A DNA stretch of 61,677 nt, taken from contig NC_069004.1 of NCBI RefSeq assembly GCF_001194135.2, positions 12,125,713 to 12,187,389 on the forward strand. The letters are read 5' to 3'. A program made the translations under genes and the position numbers. The stretch's first letter is position 1; each line of letters begins with the position of its first letter. The notes under the pieces were generated by a model. The model was not told where the DNA came from and did no database searches. It saw only the letters and a list, made by a program, of their open reading frames with translations. The stretch comes from Octopus bimaculoides. Taxonomy: Eukaryota. Of this stretch, positions 12,463 through 25,449 are shown piece by piece.

Positions 12463-13196
12463 ACACAGAAAATGGTTCCTACATGAGTACTTTTAAAAAG
12501 AGAAACTTGTTTATGAACAGAGCACCTTTGACCAAAAGTGTCTTCAATCAAATCTGATCTGGCACAAAACAAGAATTCCAGCATGCTCCAAGACAAAGTT
12601 AATCTCTCTATTAAGGATAGTTTTGTCTGAAAGAACATTAGAAAGACCAAAGTAAATAGTTGGAGACATTTTGACACCAAACTAAAGCAAAACAAACCAA
12701 ACCATTTCTGCTAGTTAAAACAGATAATCAGTGTGTTGTTTATCTACAATTTTTACCTAATTAATTCTTCCACATCTCTGGAGGCAAATAAAATCATTTT
12801 CTCTTTCTATTTATTGTGATAATTTCGGTGTAAAATAGATTTGAAACCAATTATATCTTTATGCTGCTATTCTGCCTCTCACAACCGAAAAAAATTCCAG
12901 TTGTTTTGGTGGTCCAATATTATTATCATTACGTTTCCTGATTCACCACCTTAATGGGTGTTTTTTTATTTTTTTTATTTTTTTTTTTTACAGGTAACTG
13001 TTTGTATCATTGAGTAATTTCAATTTAGCTTGTGTTTGTAGGTTTTCATATGTTTTTCCTTCCGCAACCCTCAAATTATTGAGCTGTACAACTCATATGT
13101 AACAATTAATGAAACTATTTATACAAAAAAGTACAGCTGTCAGCAGAAATTTCCTGCTCTTGTTGTAAACTAAAATCTGCATCCTTGCTTCCAATG

Positions 13197-13233
<37 letters not shown>

Positions 13234-13528
13234 CATCATTATTATTGTTGTTGTTTTCTCTCTCTCGTTGTTGTTTTTCCATTACTCTGGCACACTCTTC
13301 ATTTCCACCAAAATGAATTCCTAAAGACTCTTTTTGTCGTTGCTTTGAATAAAGCCACTTAGAAAAATAAATATTTGAAAATAAAAATGTGATAAACACA
13401 TCCAAATATTTGCACACCACTTATGTGTGTGTTAGGGTATTTGTGTGTGTGTGTGTGTGTGTGTGTGTTTATTGTTTTACATGCCAAACCCATTAAAGGG
13501 GTCAGAACTACAAGGTATGTAGAATATA

Positions 13529-13562
<34 letters not shown>

Positions 13563-13667
13563 TTATAGTTTAGCAACAAAAACTGGCTTAAAACACACGG
13601 TGTGGTTGTAATGATATTGTTACCAAAATATAACACACACGCATATATACACACACGATATATATAT

Positions 13668-14044
13668 ATAGGTGGAGGAGTGGCTGTGTGGTAAGAAACT
13701 TGCTTCCCAATCACATGGTTCCAGGTTCAGTCCCATTGCGTGGCACCTTGGGCAAGTGTCTTCTACTATAGCCTTGGGTCGACCAAAGCCTTGTGAGTGG
13801 ATTTGATAGATGGAAACTGAAAGAAGCTCGTCGTATACATATATGTATGTATGTATTTGTGTGTCTGTGTTTGTATCCCCACCATCTTCTTACACCCGAT
13901 GCTGGCGTGTTTACATCCCTGTAACCTAGCGGTCCGGCAAAAGAGATCGATAGATTAAGTACTTGGCTTACAAAGAATAAGTCGTAGGGTCGATAGACAG
14001 TGCCCCTTCATGGCTGCTGTCAAATGACTGAAACAAATAAAAGT
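13668..14044 (+). mobile_element. SINE family C, followed by an RTE-type 3' tail fragment (14095-14312)
   Basis: ATAGGTGGAGGAGTGGCTGTGTGGTAAG head; ...GACTGAAACAAATAAAAG tail. Confidence 0.85.
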
Positions 14045-14319
14045 GTATATATACATGTATATATATACATGTATATATCTGTATGTTTCTATCTGAAGAG
14101 GATTGGGCTGCAAGAGTCCTGTGCTGGTACCGCATAAAAAACACTTGTATTGGTGCCATATAAAAGTGCTCATGCCAGTGCCATGTTAAAAGCACCCAGC
14201 ACACACCATAAAGCGGTTGGCATTAGGAAGGGCATCCAGCCATAGAAACCAAGTCAAATCAGACTGGAACCTGTTGCAGCTCTCTGGCTGCCAACTCTGG
14301 TCAAACCATCTAAATACAT

Positions 14320-14537
14320 ATTCTTTTTATTCTTTTACTTGTTTCAGTTATTTGACTGTGGCCATGCTGGAGCACCGCCTTTAGTCGAATCAGATCAACC
14401 CCAGGACTTATTCTTTGTAAGCCTAGTACTTATTCTATCGGTCTCTTTTTACCGAACCGCTAAGTTACGGGGACCTAAGCACACCAGCATCGGTTGTCAA
14501 GCGATGTTGGGGGGACAAACACAGATACACAACATAT

Positions 14538-14582
<45 letters not shown>

Positions 14583-14690
14583 TACGACGGGCTTCTTTTA
14601 GTTTCCGTCTACCAAATCCACTCACAAGGCTTTGGTCGGCCCGAGGCTATAGTAGAAGACACTTGCCCAAGGTGCCACGCAGTGGGACTG
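14320..14690 (-). mobile_element. SINE family C, young, 5'-truncated
   Basis: High identity to 15541-15960. Confidence 0.9.
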
Positions 14691-15283
14691 GGACAATTGT
14701 TGCGACTCTGATAAACTGAACAAATTGCAAACTTATTCCTGAAGAGAAAAATAACTTGACAACTGAAGGAAGAACCATTTATTAGTTTCCAAATATTAGC
14801 TTTGACCTCAAGTTCCACATTATCAGGAATGGCAGACCATCATTTTGAGAAAAATAAATTTATTGAAGATTTCTTTGGTAATTGTATTTTTGTATAATTT
14901 TGTAAATATTTTCTTTGTCTCATTTTTCTTTGTTTTTTTTTTTATCCTGGAATTTTATTTCAAGATCGAAATGATGTCTTTGGAATAAGAATGGTAAGAT
15001 AATGAAAACAAATAAATTGTTTTGTTTTGAAAGAAGACTGTCTGCTTCTTTTATGGATTTTTAAATAGTAAACATTTCTCTGTCATAATTGATGGGAATT
15101 AATATGGTCGAAGTCTTTTTAAACTGAGCGAACTCCCTAACAACAACAATAGCATGAATTAAAAGTGTAAAATAAGAACAAAAACCAAGTTAACATCAAT
15201 TCAGCACTCAAGTGTCTTCATTATTTTATTAAGTAAAACAAAATGTAACATATAATAATGATAATTAATAATAATAATGATGA

Positions 15284-15495
15284 TTTCAAATTTTTACATA
15301 AGGCCAGCTATTTCAGAGGAGGGGGTAAGTCAATCAGTTCAACCCCAGTGTTCAACTGGTACTTATTTTATTGATCCCAAAAGAATGAAAGGCTAAGTCG
15401 ACCTTGGCGGAATTTGAACTCAGAACATAAAAATGGACAAAATGCTACTAAGCATTTTGTCCAGTGTGCTAATGGTTCTACCAGCTCACCGCCAT
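15284..15495 (-). mobile_element. SINE family D variant (tail ...GGCCTT(G/A)TG...AAATTTGAAA)
   Basis: Same core as other D copies; flanked by (TAA)n. Confidence 0.8.
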
Positions 15496-15532
<37 letters not shown>

Positions 15533-15540
15533 CTAATAAT

Positions 15541-15735
15541 ACTCTTTACTCTTTTACTTGTTTCAGTCATTTGACTGTGGCCATGCTGGAGCACCGCCTT
15601 TAGTCGAGAAAATCGACCCCAGGACTTATTCTTTGTAAAGCCTAGTACTTATTCTATCGGTCTCTTTTTGTCAAATCGCTGAGTTACGGGGGACGTAAAC
15701 ACACCAGCATTGGTTGTCAAGCGATGGTGGGGAGA

Positions 15736-15791
<56 letters not shown>

Positions 15792-15960
15792 TATACGACG
15801 GGCTTCTTTCAGTTTCCGTCTACCAAATCCACTCACAAGGCTTGGGTCGGCCCGAGGCTATAGTAGAAGACACTTGTCCAAGGTGCCACGCATTGGGACT
15901 GAACCCAGAACTATGTGGTTGGTAAGCAACCTACTTACCACATAGCCACTCCTGCGCCTA
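15541..15960 (-). mobile_element. SINE family C, intact young copy inserted in a (TAA)n tract
   Basis: Full head TAGGCGCAGGAGTGGCTATGTGGTAAG to tail GTAAAAGAGTAAAGAGT; (TAA)n on both sides. Confidence 0.92.
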
Positions 15961-16171
15961 TAATAATAATAATAATAATCTTTTCTACTCTAGGCATATT
16001 GTTAGAAACAGCAAGGATTCTAAGGAAGGTGTTAGAAAGTTGAAGCAGGAATGACTCAAAGGTAATTTGGTCATTGGATATGACTTACTCTTTTGGTATA
16101 GTGTTAGTATACTTCTGCCAGAGCAAAAGCATCAATGAAAATAATAATAATAAAAATAATAATAATAATGG

Positions 16172-16605
16172 TTTCAAATTTTGGTACAAGATCAGTAGTT
16201 TTATGGGGGGGGGGGTCAGTTGCATTGACCCCAGTGCTTGACTGGTACTTTATTTCATCGACCCCAAAAGGATAAAAGGCGAAGTCGACCTCGGTGGAAT
16301 TTGAACTCAGAACATAAAACCAGAAGAAATGCTGCTAAGTATTTTGTCCGGCATGCTCTCGGTTCTGCCAGCTCACTGCCTTAATAATAATAATTTCAAA
16401 TTTTGGCACAAGGCCAGCAATTTGGGGGGTTGGGTAAGTTAATTACATCTACCCCAGTACTCAACTGGAACTTATTTTATCAATCCCGAAAGGATGAAAG
16501 GCTAAGTCAGCTTCACCAGAACTTGATCTCAGATTGTGAAGACTGACAAAATGCTGATTAGCATTTCACCCAGTGTGCCAGTGGCTCTACCAGCCAGCCA
16601 CCTTA
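16172..16605 (-). mobile_element. Two tandem SINE family D copies (16172-16383, 16394-16605) separated by TAA repeats
   Basis: Each carries the full head, core and tail. Confidence 0.85.
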
Positions 16606-17394
16606 ATAATGATTAGTTAAACAATAACAACCAAGAGATTTTATGAGATTTCATAATCTTCTTGGATTTGAAACAAAATTTGAGAGTACATAAAATTGTT
16701 GCTCTATGTCAAATATAACATTTTTATTACTTATTTATTGATTTTAAATGGGGTTTTTTTAATAATTAATTTAGTACAAATGAGAGGAATTATAGTTTTG
16801 CTTGGCACCTATTTAAAGTTATATCTTCTTTAATGCATTTTTGCTACTTTCACTTTCAAAGCCTGCAATCTGTAATACTCCCACTTGAAGATTTCACCAC
16901 ACCTACAAACCCACACTAGTGTATAAGCCCACTTCTGCCATGCCCACATGCCTACACTAACCACGCCCACAAGTCCACAATAACCACACCTACAAGCCCA
17001 CTCTAACCCCACCCTCAAATCAGTGTCTTGCCTACATAGATGGCTAAACACATAGAAATACTATTCTATTATTTTATTGCAGTCAATGTTTTTTAATCTC
17101 TATTAATTAATGTCACTCTGTCACACTGCTCCATGACATTTAACTGTAAACACGCTACAGTCATAGGGGTTATTGCAAAGTTACATTCATATCTGGATTA
17201 ATATTTACAATTTAGCTACATTCTGGTTTTATCAATAACTTATCTGAAAATGCAATTTTGTTGCTGACAAATTAGATTCAGAATTGAATAAAACTCCCAA
17301 ATCAGGTAAAATGAGAAAAGTTCTAGTTTGATGTATTGGCCGTTAGCATCATTCAGAAATAGGATTCACTTTATCTTTGTTTTTTTTTTTCCTT

Positions 17395-17607
17395 CTTTTT
17401 CTTGTTTTAGTCATTAAACTGTGGCCATGCTGGGGCACTACCTTGAAGAATTTTAATTGAACGAATCGACCCCAATACTTATAATTGTTTTGCAAAGTCT
17501 AGTACTTACTCTATCAGTCTCTTAGGCTGAATTGCTAAGTAATTGAGACATAAGTATACCAACAACAGTTGTCAAGTGATGGAGATTGGGGACAAACATA
17601 TACACAA

Positions 17608-17648
<41 letters not shown>

Positions 17649-18265
17649 NNNNNNNNNNNNNNNNNNNNNNNNNNNNNNNNNNNNNNNNNNNNNNNNNNNN
17701 NNNNNNNNNNNNNNNNNNNNNNNNNNNNNNNNNNNNNNNNNNNNNNNNNNNNNNNNNNNNNNNNNNNNNNNNNNNNNNNNNNNNNNNNNNNNNNNNNNNN
17801 NNNNNNNNNNNNNNNNNNNNNNNNNNNNNNNNNNNNNNNNNNNNNNNNNNNNNNNNNNNNNNNNNNNNNNNNNNNNNNNNNNNNNNNNNNNNNNNNNNNN
17901 NNNNNNNNNNNNNNNNNNNNNNNNNNNNNNNNNNNNNNNNNNNNNNNNNNNNNNNNNNNNNNNNNNNNNNNNNNNNNNNNNNNNNNNNNNNNNNNNNNNN
18001 NNNNNNNNNNNNNNNNNNNNNNNNNNNNNNNNNNNNNNNNNNNNNNNNNNNNNNNNNNNNNNNNNNNNNNNNNNNNNNNNNNNNNNNNNNNNNNNNNNNN
18101 NNNNNNNNNNNNNNNNNNNNNNNNNNNNNNNNNNNNNNNNNNNNNNNNNNNNNNNNNNNNNNNNNNNNNNNNNNNNNNNNNNNNNNNNNNNNNNNNNNNN
18201 NNNNTTTTAGAGTCAAGTTTTGGCTGCTATTTCAAGCATGGTGATATCTCTTAGATACCCTTAAT

Positions 18266-18308
<43 letters not shown>

Positions 18309-18440
18309 GCACACATGATGGGCTCCTGTCAGTTACTGTCTGCCAAATTCACTCACAAGGCTTTGGTTAGCCTGAAGCTATAGAAGAAGACACTTGTCCA
18401 AGGTGCTACACTAAGACTGAACCCAGAGCTATGTGGTTGG
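17395..18440 (-). mobile_element. SINE family C split by (TA)n and an N gap
   Basis: Tail at 17395-17630, head at 18310-18440. Confidence 0.7.
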
Positions 18441-18553
18441 GATGTTAAATTTCTGGTTACTTTGTAAAAAATAAATAGGTAATAATGAAAATTTCAGATT
18501 CTGATTCTTGACCCTTTTGACACAGATCTGCCTGAAGCCCAGCCCCAGTTCTT

Positions 18554-18590
<37 letters not shown>

Positions 18591-19770
18591 AATCGACTTG
18601 GGTTTAAAACCTCAAAACAGATTAAGCCTTGAACTGTTCTTAGAAGGTGTTTTTTTTTGTTTGTTTTTTTTGCGCAATAAGAACCTCTGTTTATGTCAGG
18701 CCCTAGTTTGCCCTATTATCCCCTGCCTCTACCCTGGACTGTCTTATTTTCAACCTTTTAACTTTACAAACATCACCAAAGCCTGATCGTTGCATCACTA
18801 TTCTACAACATTGTCTCTTTCTTTTCACACGAATCCAAAAACGTATTTTATTACTCTGCTTTGGTTGTTCCACTCTTTGATCGCTCCACTTGATGGATGC
18901 ACAACCACAGAGTAACTTGTATGTATGCATATACACTATACACACTGCACTGACATATTACACATACATACAATACATACATTTATTTATTATTATTTTT
19001 TTTTTTTTATTATAGTTCATTTTCCAGTTTATTCAGTTGTAAAAGCTGTCTTTAATCTCTTGTTTTAATGGCTTATTTTTCACTTTAGATCTAAATCTGT
19101 TTTACTAGAGTTATTTTAATTTCAGAGTTGTACTTGTTTGCTAAAGGATTTCATCTGAGACTGTATGCTGGAATTGAAACACAATTACAATCTGCTAGCC
19201 ATGAGAGTAACTTCTCTCTCTCTCACACACACACAATGCTCTGATACATTGTCCATGATGTAGAATTAGAACAAAACACTTTGATACATAAACAACATTA
19301 TATAACCGATGCCACCCAAGGACAGCAATTCCATGGTTTACCGTTTATTTTTTTGTTGTTTTTCCTATTTTGATGCATAAAACTTCAAGATTTTGATTTT
19401 GTCTTTGATTTCATTCCATAGTTAGGGTTACTTGAAGCGTAACACAAAAACATATATGGAGATCGGTAGGGACAATCAGAATAATATAAATACCTACCAT
19501 TACAGAATATAAAACCAAATTGAATGTATAATAATAGTGTGTGTGTTCTAATGGTAAACATGACTCTACCACAATGCAGTGACTTTTGGGTTATTTGATC
19601 CCAAATATGCTGCATTCATTTCTCATCCCTTTCCTCACCCCATCTATGTGTTTGATCTATGGCACTTGAAGACAATTAGATAGACTAACAAATAGCCTTT
19701 TATTGCATACCAAGCTTGTGTTTGTAATATATGTGTATAATATATGAATGTATATATGTATGCATGTACA

Positions 19771-19855
19771 TATGTATGTGTATATGGATGTGCATGTATA
19801 TATGTATGTGTATATGGATGTGTATGCATATATGTATGTGTATATGGACGTATAT
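19771..19855. repeat. 30-bp minisatellite x3 (TATGTATGTGTATATGGATGTG...)
   Basis: Direct reading at 19771, 19801, 19831. Confidence 0.85.
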
Positions 19856-20665
19856 ATATATATATATATGTATATATGGATGCGTACGTGTGTATGGATG
19901 TATGTATATAGAGCCATAGATACTTAGAAGGTTAGCAATGTTTACAGACAAGTCAACTGAAGTGAAACGGAGTGTGTCCGTTTTACAACAACAGTGTTAT
20001 CTAAGGTGATGTTAAACTGAGAATGATTATCAAGCTCTTTACAACAATGATAACAACAACGATAACAGCCAAGCGCCAAGAAAGGCAGGCTTCTTCCCCA
20101 CCCTCACCACCTCCTCTTATCTGGTCTATAGATAATATCATAGCTGCTATTAGCTCCCTTAAAACCAGCAGGGAGTTGATATGTGACTTTTCAAGTGACA
20201 GCAATTTAGTCAGATCCTCTGCAACAAGGGTCTTACATCTGAAGAGAAGAGAGATCTGGGGCTTTTTTTTTTTTAAACTTTTTTTTTGTCTTTTTTGCCC
20301 CCTCCGCCTTCCCTTCCATCCCACCCACTCCAAAATCTTATCTGCTGCTTGACAGAGTGCCTACCATTATTCTAATTTAGATATTTTTTCCACAATCACC
20401 AAGGAGGAGGAAGCAGAAATGGATGATTGCTGTCACTTCTTCACAATCTCTCTCTTATTACGATATTTATTATCGCCACCCCTCTTCCCCCCACCTTACC
20501 ATTGCCACAGCCTTCCCTGTATCCCACCCCGGCCTCGTCCCCGTTTTCCCACCACCCTATGGAATATACTTAATTATAAGACCAATATCTATGATGAATT
20601 CCTCGCGCCTCTCTGCCGCTGCCACCACCATTATCCATGGAGTCTATGGAAAAATAATTGAGAAT

Positions 20666-20739
20666 CTTCTCTTAGCTTAATAGTACAGAGCACTCAGCTG
20701 GAATTTGAGGGATGCAGAGTTCGATTCTATGTAGAGGCT
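20666..20739 (+). pseudogene. Degenerate tRNA-like cloverleaf with downstream T7 run
   Basis: D stem GCTT/GAGC, anticodon stem CTCAG/TTGAG, T-loop TTCGATT, partial acceptor stem; TTTTTTT at 20750-20756. Confidence 0.45.
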
Positions 20740-20755
20740 TGCTGGCCACTTTTTT

Positions 20756-21176
20756 TAGGTGCAAGCGTGGCTGTGTGGTAAGAAGTTTGTTTCCTCATCA
20801 CATGATTCCAGGTTCAGTCTCACTGCAAGGCACCTTGGGCAAGTGTCTTCTGTTGTAGCCTCCATGCTGAGCAAATCTTTGTGAGTGAATTTGGTAAGCA
20901 GAAACTGAAAGAAGCCTGTGCTGTGTGTGTGTGTGTGTGTGTATACTCATATCTATGTGAGCATGTCTTTGTGTTTGTCCCCCACCCCTGCTCAGCAACT
21001 AGTGTTAGTGTCCTTACATCCCCCTAACTTAGCAGTTCAGCAAAAAGACACTGATAGAATATGTACTAGGTCTAAAATAAAAATAAGTACTGGGGTCGAT
21101 TCATTTGACTAAAATTCTTGAAGGTGGTGCCCCAGCATGACCACAGCCTAATGACTGAAACAAAGACAAAAGAAAA
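20756..21176 (+). mobile_element. SINE family C
   Basis: Head TAGGTGCAAGCGTGGCTGTGTGGTAAG to tail GACTGAAACAAAGACAAAAG. Confidence 0.85.
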
Positions 21177-21187
21177 GATATTAATTA

Positions 21188-22251
21188 TAATCTTGGCATC
21201 ATGATTAGGAAGGCTGTTGTCCATGTCGCCTGCACACTCGTTTGTGGCTGGTAAGTCTGCTGTGGGATTGACATATCCGATTGCCATGATGACAGGGGTA
21301 TGGTTGTTCGGGTTCTGATGATGCAGCTGCATTATTTGTTTGCCTCTGACATTTGTCTTCAAGAGAGGCACTACAAGAGATCTCAAAGGGGGAAACAACA
21401 TCACTGATCTATGGTGCCAAGTGATGCAATCAGCTGTTAGAGTGGACCACTCATGATAATCAATGTCACAAACACTAAGGGACTACTTCGGGCAGTCCTT
21501 GTAACACTTCTTTGGTGCCCCCCTGTTGCAGTGGTCAGTGGTGAGCTCATGGTACATGATGATCTTGGATAGGCAGTGGTCTTTCATCCCATCAACGTGT
21601 CCTGCCCAACATAGTCATGTCTCAAGTAAAATGGCTTCCAGGCTGGTGACCTTTGCTCGCTTGAGGATCTCAGTGTTGGTGATGTAGTTGCTCCAGTAGA
21701 TATTGAGGATGGTACAGAGGCAGCGTTGGTGAAAACGTTCAAGGAGCTTGCGATGATAACAGTAGGGGACCTAGGACTCAGAACCATATAGGAGCGTCTT
21801 GAGAATGATGGCCCTGTAGACGCTAACTCTTGTACTGATATTAAATGCTTGTTGTTCCACACAGACCGTACAGTCTGCCAAATGCTTTGTTTGCCTTTGC
21901 AAGTCTGTTGTCAATTTCTTTGTTGATACTTGCATCTAATGAGATGGTGTATCCAAGATAAGTGAACTGCTGTACCGACTTCAGTCCTGTTTTGGCAATG
22001 GTGATGTGGGGTGGGCTGTACTCTTCCTGGGGAGCTGTTTGGTGTAGTACCTTTTGGGTGGCAGCCTTTTCAACCTCCAGCGTCTGCACGCCTACACTAT
22101 GATCCAAGAGCAACTGATTCAGGATCTCCTCTTTGCAGATGGTGCCGCACTTGTCACACACACACAGAAAGAGCCCTGCAGCGCATCACATCCTGCTTTG
22201 AAGAGGCTGCCCTGTTCTTCAGGCTGAAAGTAAGCTTGAAAAAGACTGATG
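21188..22251 (-). mobile_element. RTE-clade (BovB-like) LINE, 5'-truncated, with inverted 5' segment (about 22057-22251 on +) and 8-bp TSD ATTAATTA
   Basis: Plus: GSLFNLQRL...DLLFADGAALVTHTERALQRITSCF...VSLKKT; minus: VLHQTAPQEEYSPPHITI...FTYLGYTIS...IDNRLAKANKAFGRL; TSD at 21180-21187 and 22252-22259. Confidence 0.9.
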
Positions 22252-22402
22252 ATTAATTACACTTGAGTTACAATAAATACAGCTACTGATTTCCAGTTCA
22301 GTCCCACTGTGTGTGGCACCTTGGGCAAGTGTCTTCTACTATAGTTCCAAGCTGACCAAGGCTTGTGAGTGAATTTGGTAGATAGAAACTGTGTAGAAGC
22401 CT

Positions 22403-22630
22403 GGCGAGCTTGGCAGAAATGTTAGCATGCCGGATGAAATGCTTAGCAGTATTTCGTCTGTCTTTATGTTCAGAGTTCAAATTCCGCCGAGGTCGACTTA
22501 GCCTTTCATCTTTTCAGGGTCGATTAAATAAGTACCAGTTACGCACTAGGGTTGTGTAATCGACTTAATCCCTTTGTCTGTCCTTGTTTGTCCCCTCTAT
22601 GTTTAGGCCCTTGTGGGCAATAACGAAATA
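22403..22630 (+). mobile_element. SINE family D nested in SINE C with a 19-bp TSD
   Basis: AGAAACTGTGTAGAAGCCT at 22384-22402 and 22631-22649. Confidence 0.92.
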
Positions 22631-22866
22631 AGAAACTGTGTAGAAGCCTGGCATGTGTGTGTGCGTATGTATGTATAGATGGATGGAAGGATGGATGGAT
22701 GTGTGTGTGTGTGTGTGTGTGTGTGTGTCTTTGTGTTTGTCCATCTACCTCTACTTTACAATCAGCAATCATTTCTTTCCATCCCAACAACTTAGTGGTT
22801 CAGCAAAAGAGACTGCTGGAATAAGTACCAGACTTAAGAATAAGTACTGGGGTCAATTTGTTCAAC

Positions 22867-23088
22867 TTAACCCTTTAACATTCAGATTACTTTATCAAAA
22901 GTAATGCATATTTATTTTCATTGTTGTAAATTTATCATTCATTATCTTGTAGCTTTAAGATTTTAATGATGTGGCTGTATATTTTTAGAATGACATTGTA
23001 GGGTATATGTGAGAGGCCAGATCTGTCTGGTCTGAACATAAAATAGGATATTTAGGCCATATACGGCCATTTTAAATGCCAAAGGGTT
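22867..23088 (+). mobile_element. TTAA-CCC (piggyBac-like) MITE, about 216 bp
   Basis: TTAA|CCCTTTAACATT ... AAATGCCAAAGGG|TT; imperfect 12-13 bp TIRs. Confidence 0.8.
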
Positions 23089-24390
23089 CCGGGTGACGCC
23101 CCAGCATGGCCACAGTCCAATGACTGAAATATATCCCCCATGCTTTCATGCAGTTTCCAACTATCAGATTTCATTTGTGGATTTTGGTCAACCTGAGGCT
23201 ATGGCAGAAGAAACTGCTGTGAAGCAGGATTGAATCCAGTACCTCTTGGTTGCTAAGCCAAGCACTTAAACCACTCAGCCAACGTATTTGGGTTTGTCTT
23301 GCCTCATCAATAAGCAGAGTCACTTTAGGGGAAAATTGATTGATTACTTAATGCTTTATCTTCTTTAATCATCCAACTTTGATGACTTAGAGTTTAATTT
23401 TTTGGGCTGTTGCTGTTAAAATTGTTTCTCTTGAAATGAAATCAAGAAATATGGATATGAAGAAGAAAGGGAAGAAAAGAAAATTCTAAAAACACTGCCC
23501 TCATTCTCCCCTCCCTTACACATTGGTTATTTCAAAATGATTGGGACTCAATTCATATTATTGATCTTAAAATCAATTATAATAATATTCAGTTTTTGTT
23601 TCATCATATTTCTTCATCACTTTCACATCATCAATGACTTTTAATCAATAACAATTTGACTCCTGCACTCAATAACCCCATCCCATCCCATCCCCTTCAC
23701 CACTATCCCCTCACACTTTCACTCTTGCATACATCTGATGTTTATTTCTTTTTTCTTTTTTTTTTTCTCATTTCATTTAGTATATTAATTACAATCCAAC
23801 TGCTGTACCAGTAATTCTTTGTCTTAATATTCCACTTCTTAGACCAAAGAAATATTATTATCAACCAAAATAGGAAGAATTAAAGATCATTAATTCCTTA
23901 GTAATCCCTTAATTACTTTGACTTTTGACTCCTCCAATGGATTACCGTGTTCCCCTGTGGCATGCCAAGCTGAATTTAACAAACTTCTCTCTTGTTAAAC
24001 CAAGTTCTTGACCCACTTTCTCCTCCAACTGCAGATCTTCCTTTCCTCATCAACACCATCAGCCCCATGTTTTAAAACCTGTTTCTGTATTTTTAACATA
24101 TTTGCCTGGAATCCAACAGTCTCTCAGTAGAAAACAAAGAAACACAACTCTGAAGTCTGTGGTGGGCCGTCTGTCAGGTCAAATGCATTAACCCTTCTGT
24201 CACATCTGTCTTATTTAGTGCCGTATCACATGACCATTACATGTGCTGCCACCTCACCCAGACTGATTACTGATTGATGACATGGAATAGTCTATCTTTG
24301 AGTTTATATTCTGAGACACCAAATTAGAATTCTGGTGTTGAAGTCCTGAGTTCAATCCTCAAGCAAGAATTCATTGTGTTATTGTTTATT

Positions 24391-24771
24391 GTTGTTGGCA
24401 CTCCGTCGCTTACAACGTTGAGGGTTCCGTTGATCCAATCAACAGAACAGCCTGCTCGTGAAATTAACGTGCAAGTGGCTGAGCACTCCACAGACACATG
24501 TACCCTTAACGTAGTTCTCGGGGATATTCAGCGTGACACAGTGTGACAAGGCTGACCCTTTGAATTACAGGCACAACAGAAACAGGAAGAAAGAGTGAGA
24601 GAAAGTTGTGGTGAAAGAGTACAGCAGGGTTCGCCACCATCCCCTGCCGGAGCCTCGTGGAGCTTTAGGTGCTTTTGCTCAATAAACACTCACAACGCCC
24701 GGTCTGGGAATTGAAACTGCGATCCAATGACCGCGAGTCCGCTGCCCTAACCACTGGGCCATTGCGCTTCC
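24391..24771 (-). mobile_element. SINE family A (head1 + tail1) with 12-bp TSD
   Basis: TSD TCATTGTGTTAT at 24371-24382 and 24773-24784. Confidence 0.92.
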
Positions 24772-24989
24772 ATCATTGTGTTATAAATCCTGTGTAATTG
24801 GAAAATGGGTTTCTACTTCAGGTTGAGTGTAAGCATGGGGGCCACTGGTAGTGGCAAGCATGAAGATATAGTGGCAGCTATTTTAGTGGTGAATGTAAGG
24901 GCAGCTGGTTGAGTGTGAGTATGAGGGTAGCTGGTTGGCTGGCGAGTGGCAAGAGCAGCCATCTAGAGCTGTGAGGGCAGTTGGTTGAG

Positions 24990-25325
24990 TGGTTAAGTGT
25001 GAGGACAAATGGGTAGGAGAAAATTCCAAGCCGAGAGGAAGTCACAGCGACAAAGTCCACCTGCCACACTTCTCAGTCCATCATTACTGCCTCAAGGTCC
25101 TGCATATATTCCAGGCCAACGTCTACAATCAAGTTGTCGATGTGTGGCAACGTTTTCCTCTTCTTACATCACCATGAGGTGGGCTCCACAAGACTAATTT
25201 GGATGCTTCCAGGTCAGAGTGGCACACGCAGTGACCAGATAGTAGCAACCATCTTTGCCTGATCTTCTCTTTAACTTTCAGCAGGTCTCCATAATGGTAT
25301 TTGTTTGTCATGTGTTGCTGCCATT
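24990..25325 (-). mobile_element. Degraded 3' fragment of another RTE-like LINE
   Basis: Minus-strand SKLVLWSPPHGDVRRGKR...T resembles RTE C-terminal region after the LRW.GH motif. Confidence 0.5.
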
Positions 25326-25406
25326 TCACATTTAAACTGATATTACCAGTTTAAATGTTAAAGGGTTAAACTACAGAAGACCCATCCAAACTCTCTCCCT
25401 CACAGA

Positions 25407-25449
<43 letters not shown>

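Larger units (their letters stand above)
22291..23132 (+). mobile_element. SINE family C host carrying two nested insertions
   Basis: Head at 22291-22402, body at 22631-22870, tail resumes at about 23090-23132. Confidence 0.8.

Noticed and set aside
13115-13420. ORF with poly-Asn (…ERENNNNNNDDNNN…)
   Set aside because: The poly-N comes from a (TAT)n microsatellite; no convincing donor site or recognisable domain.
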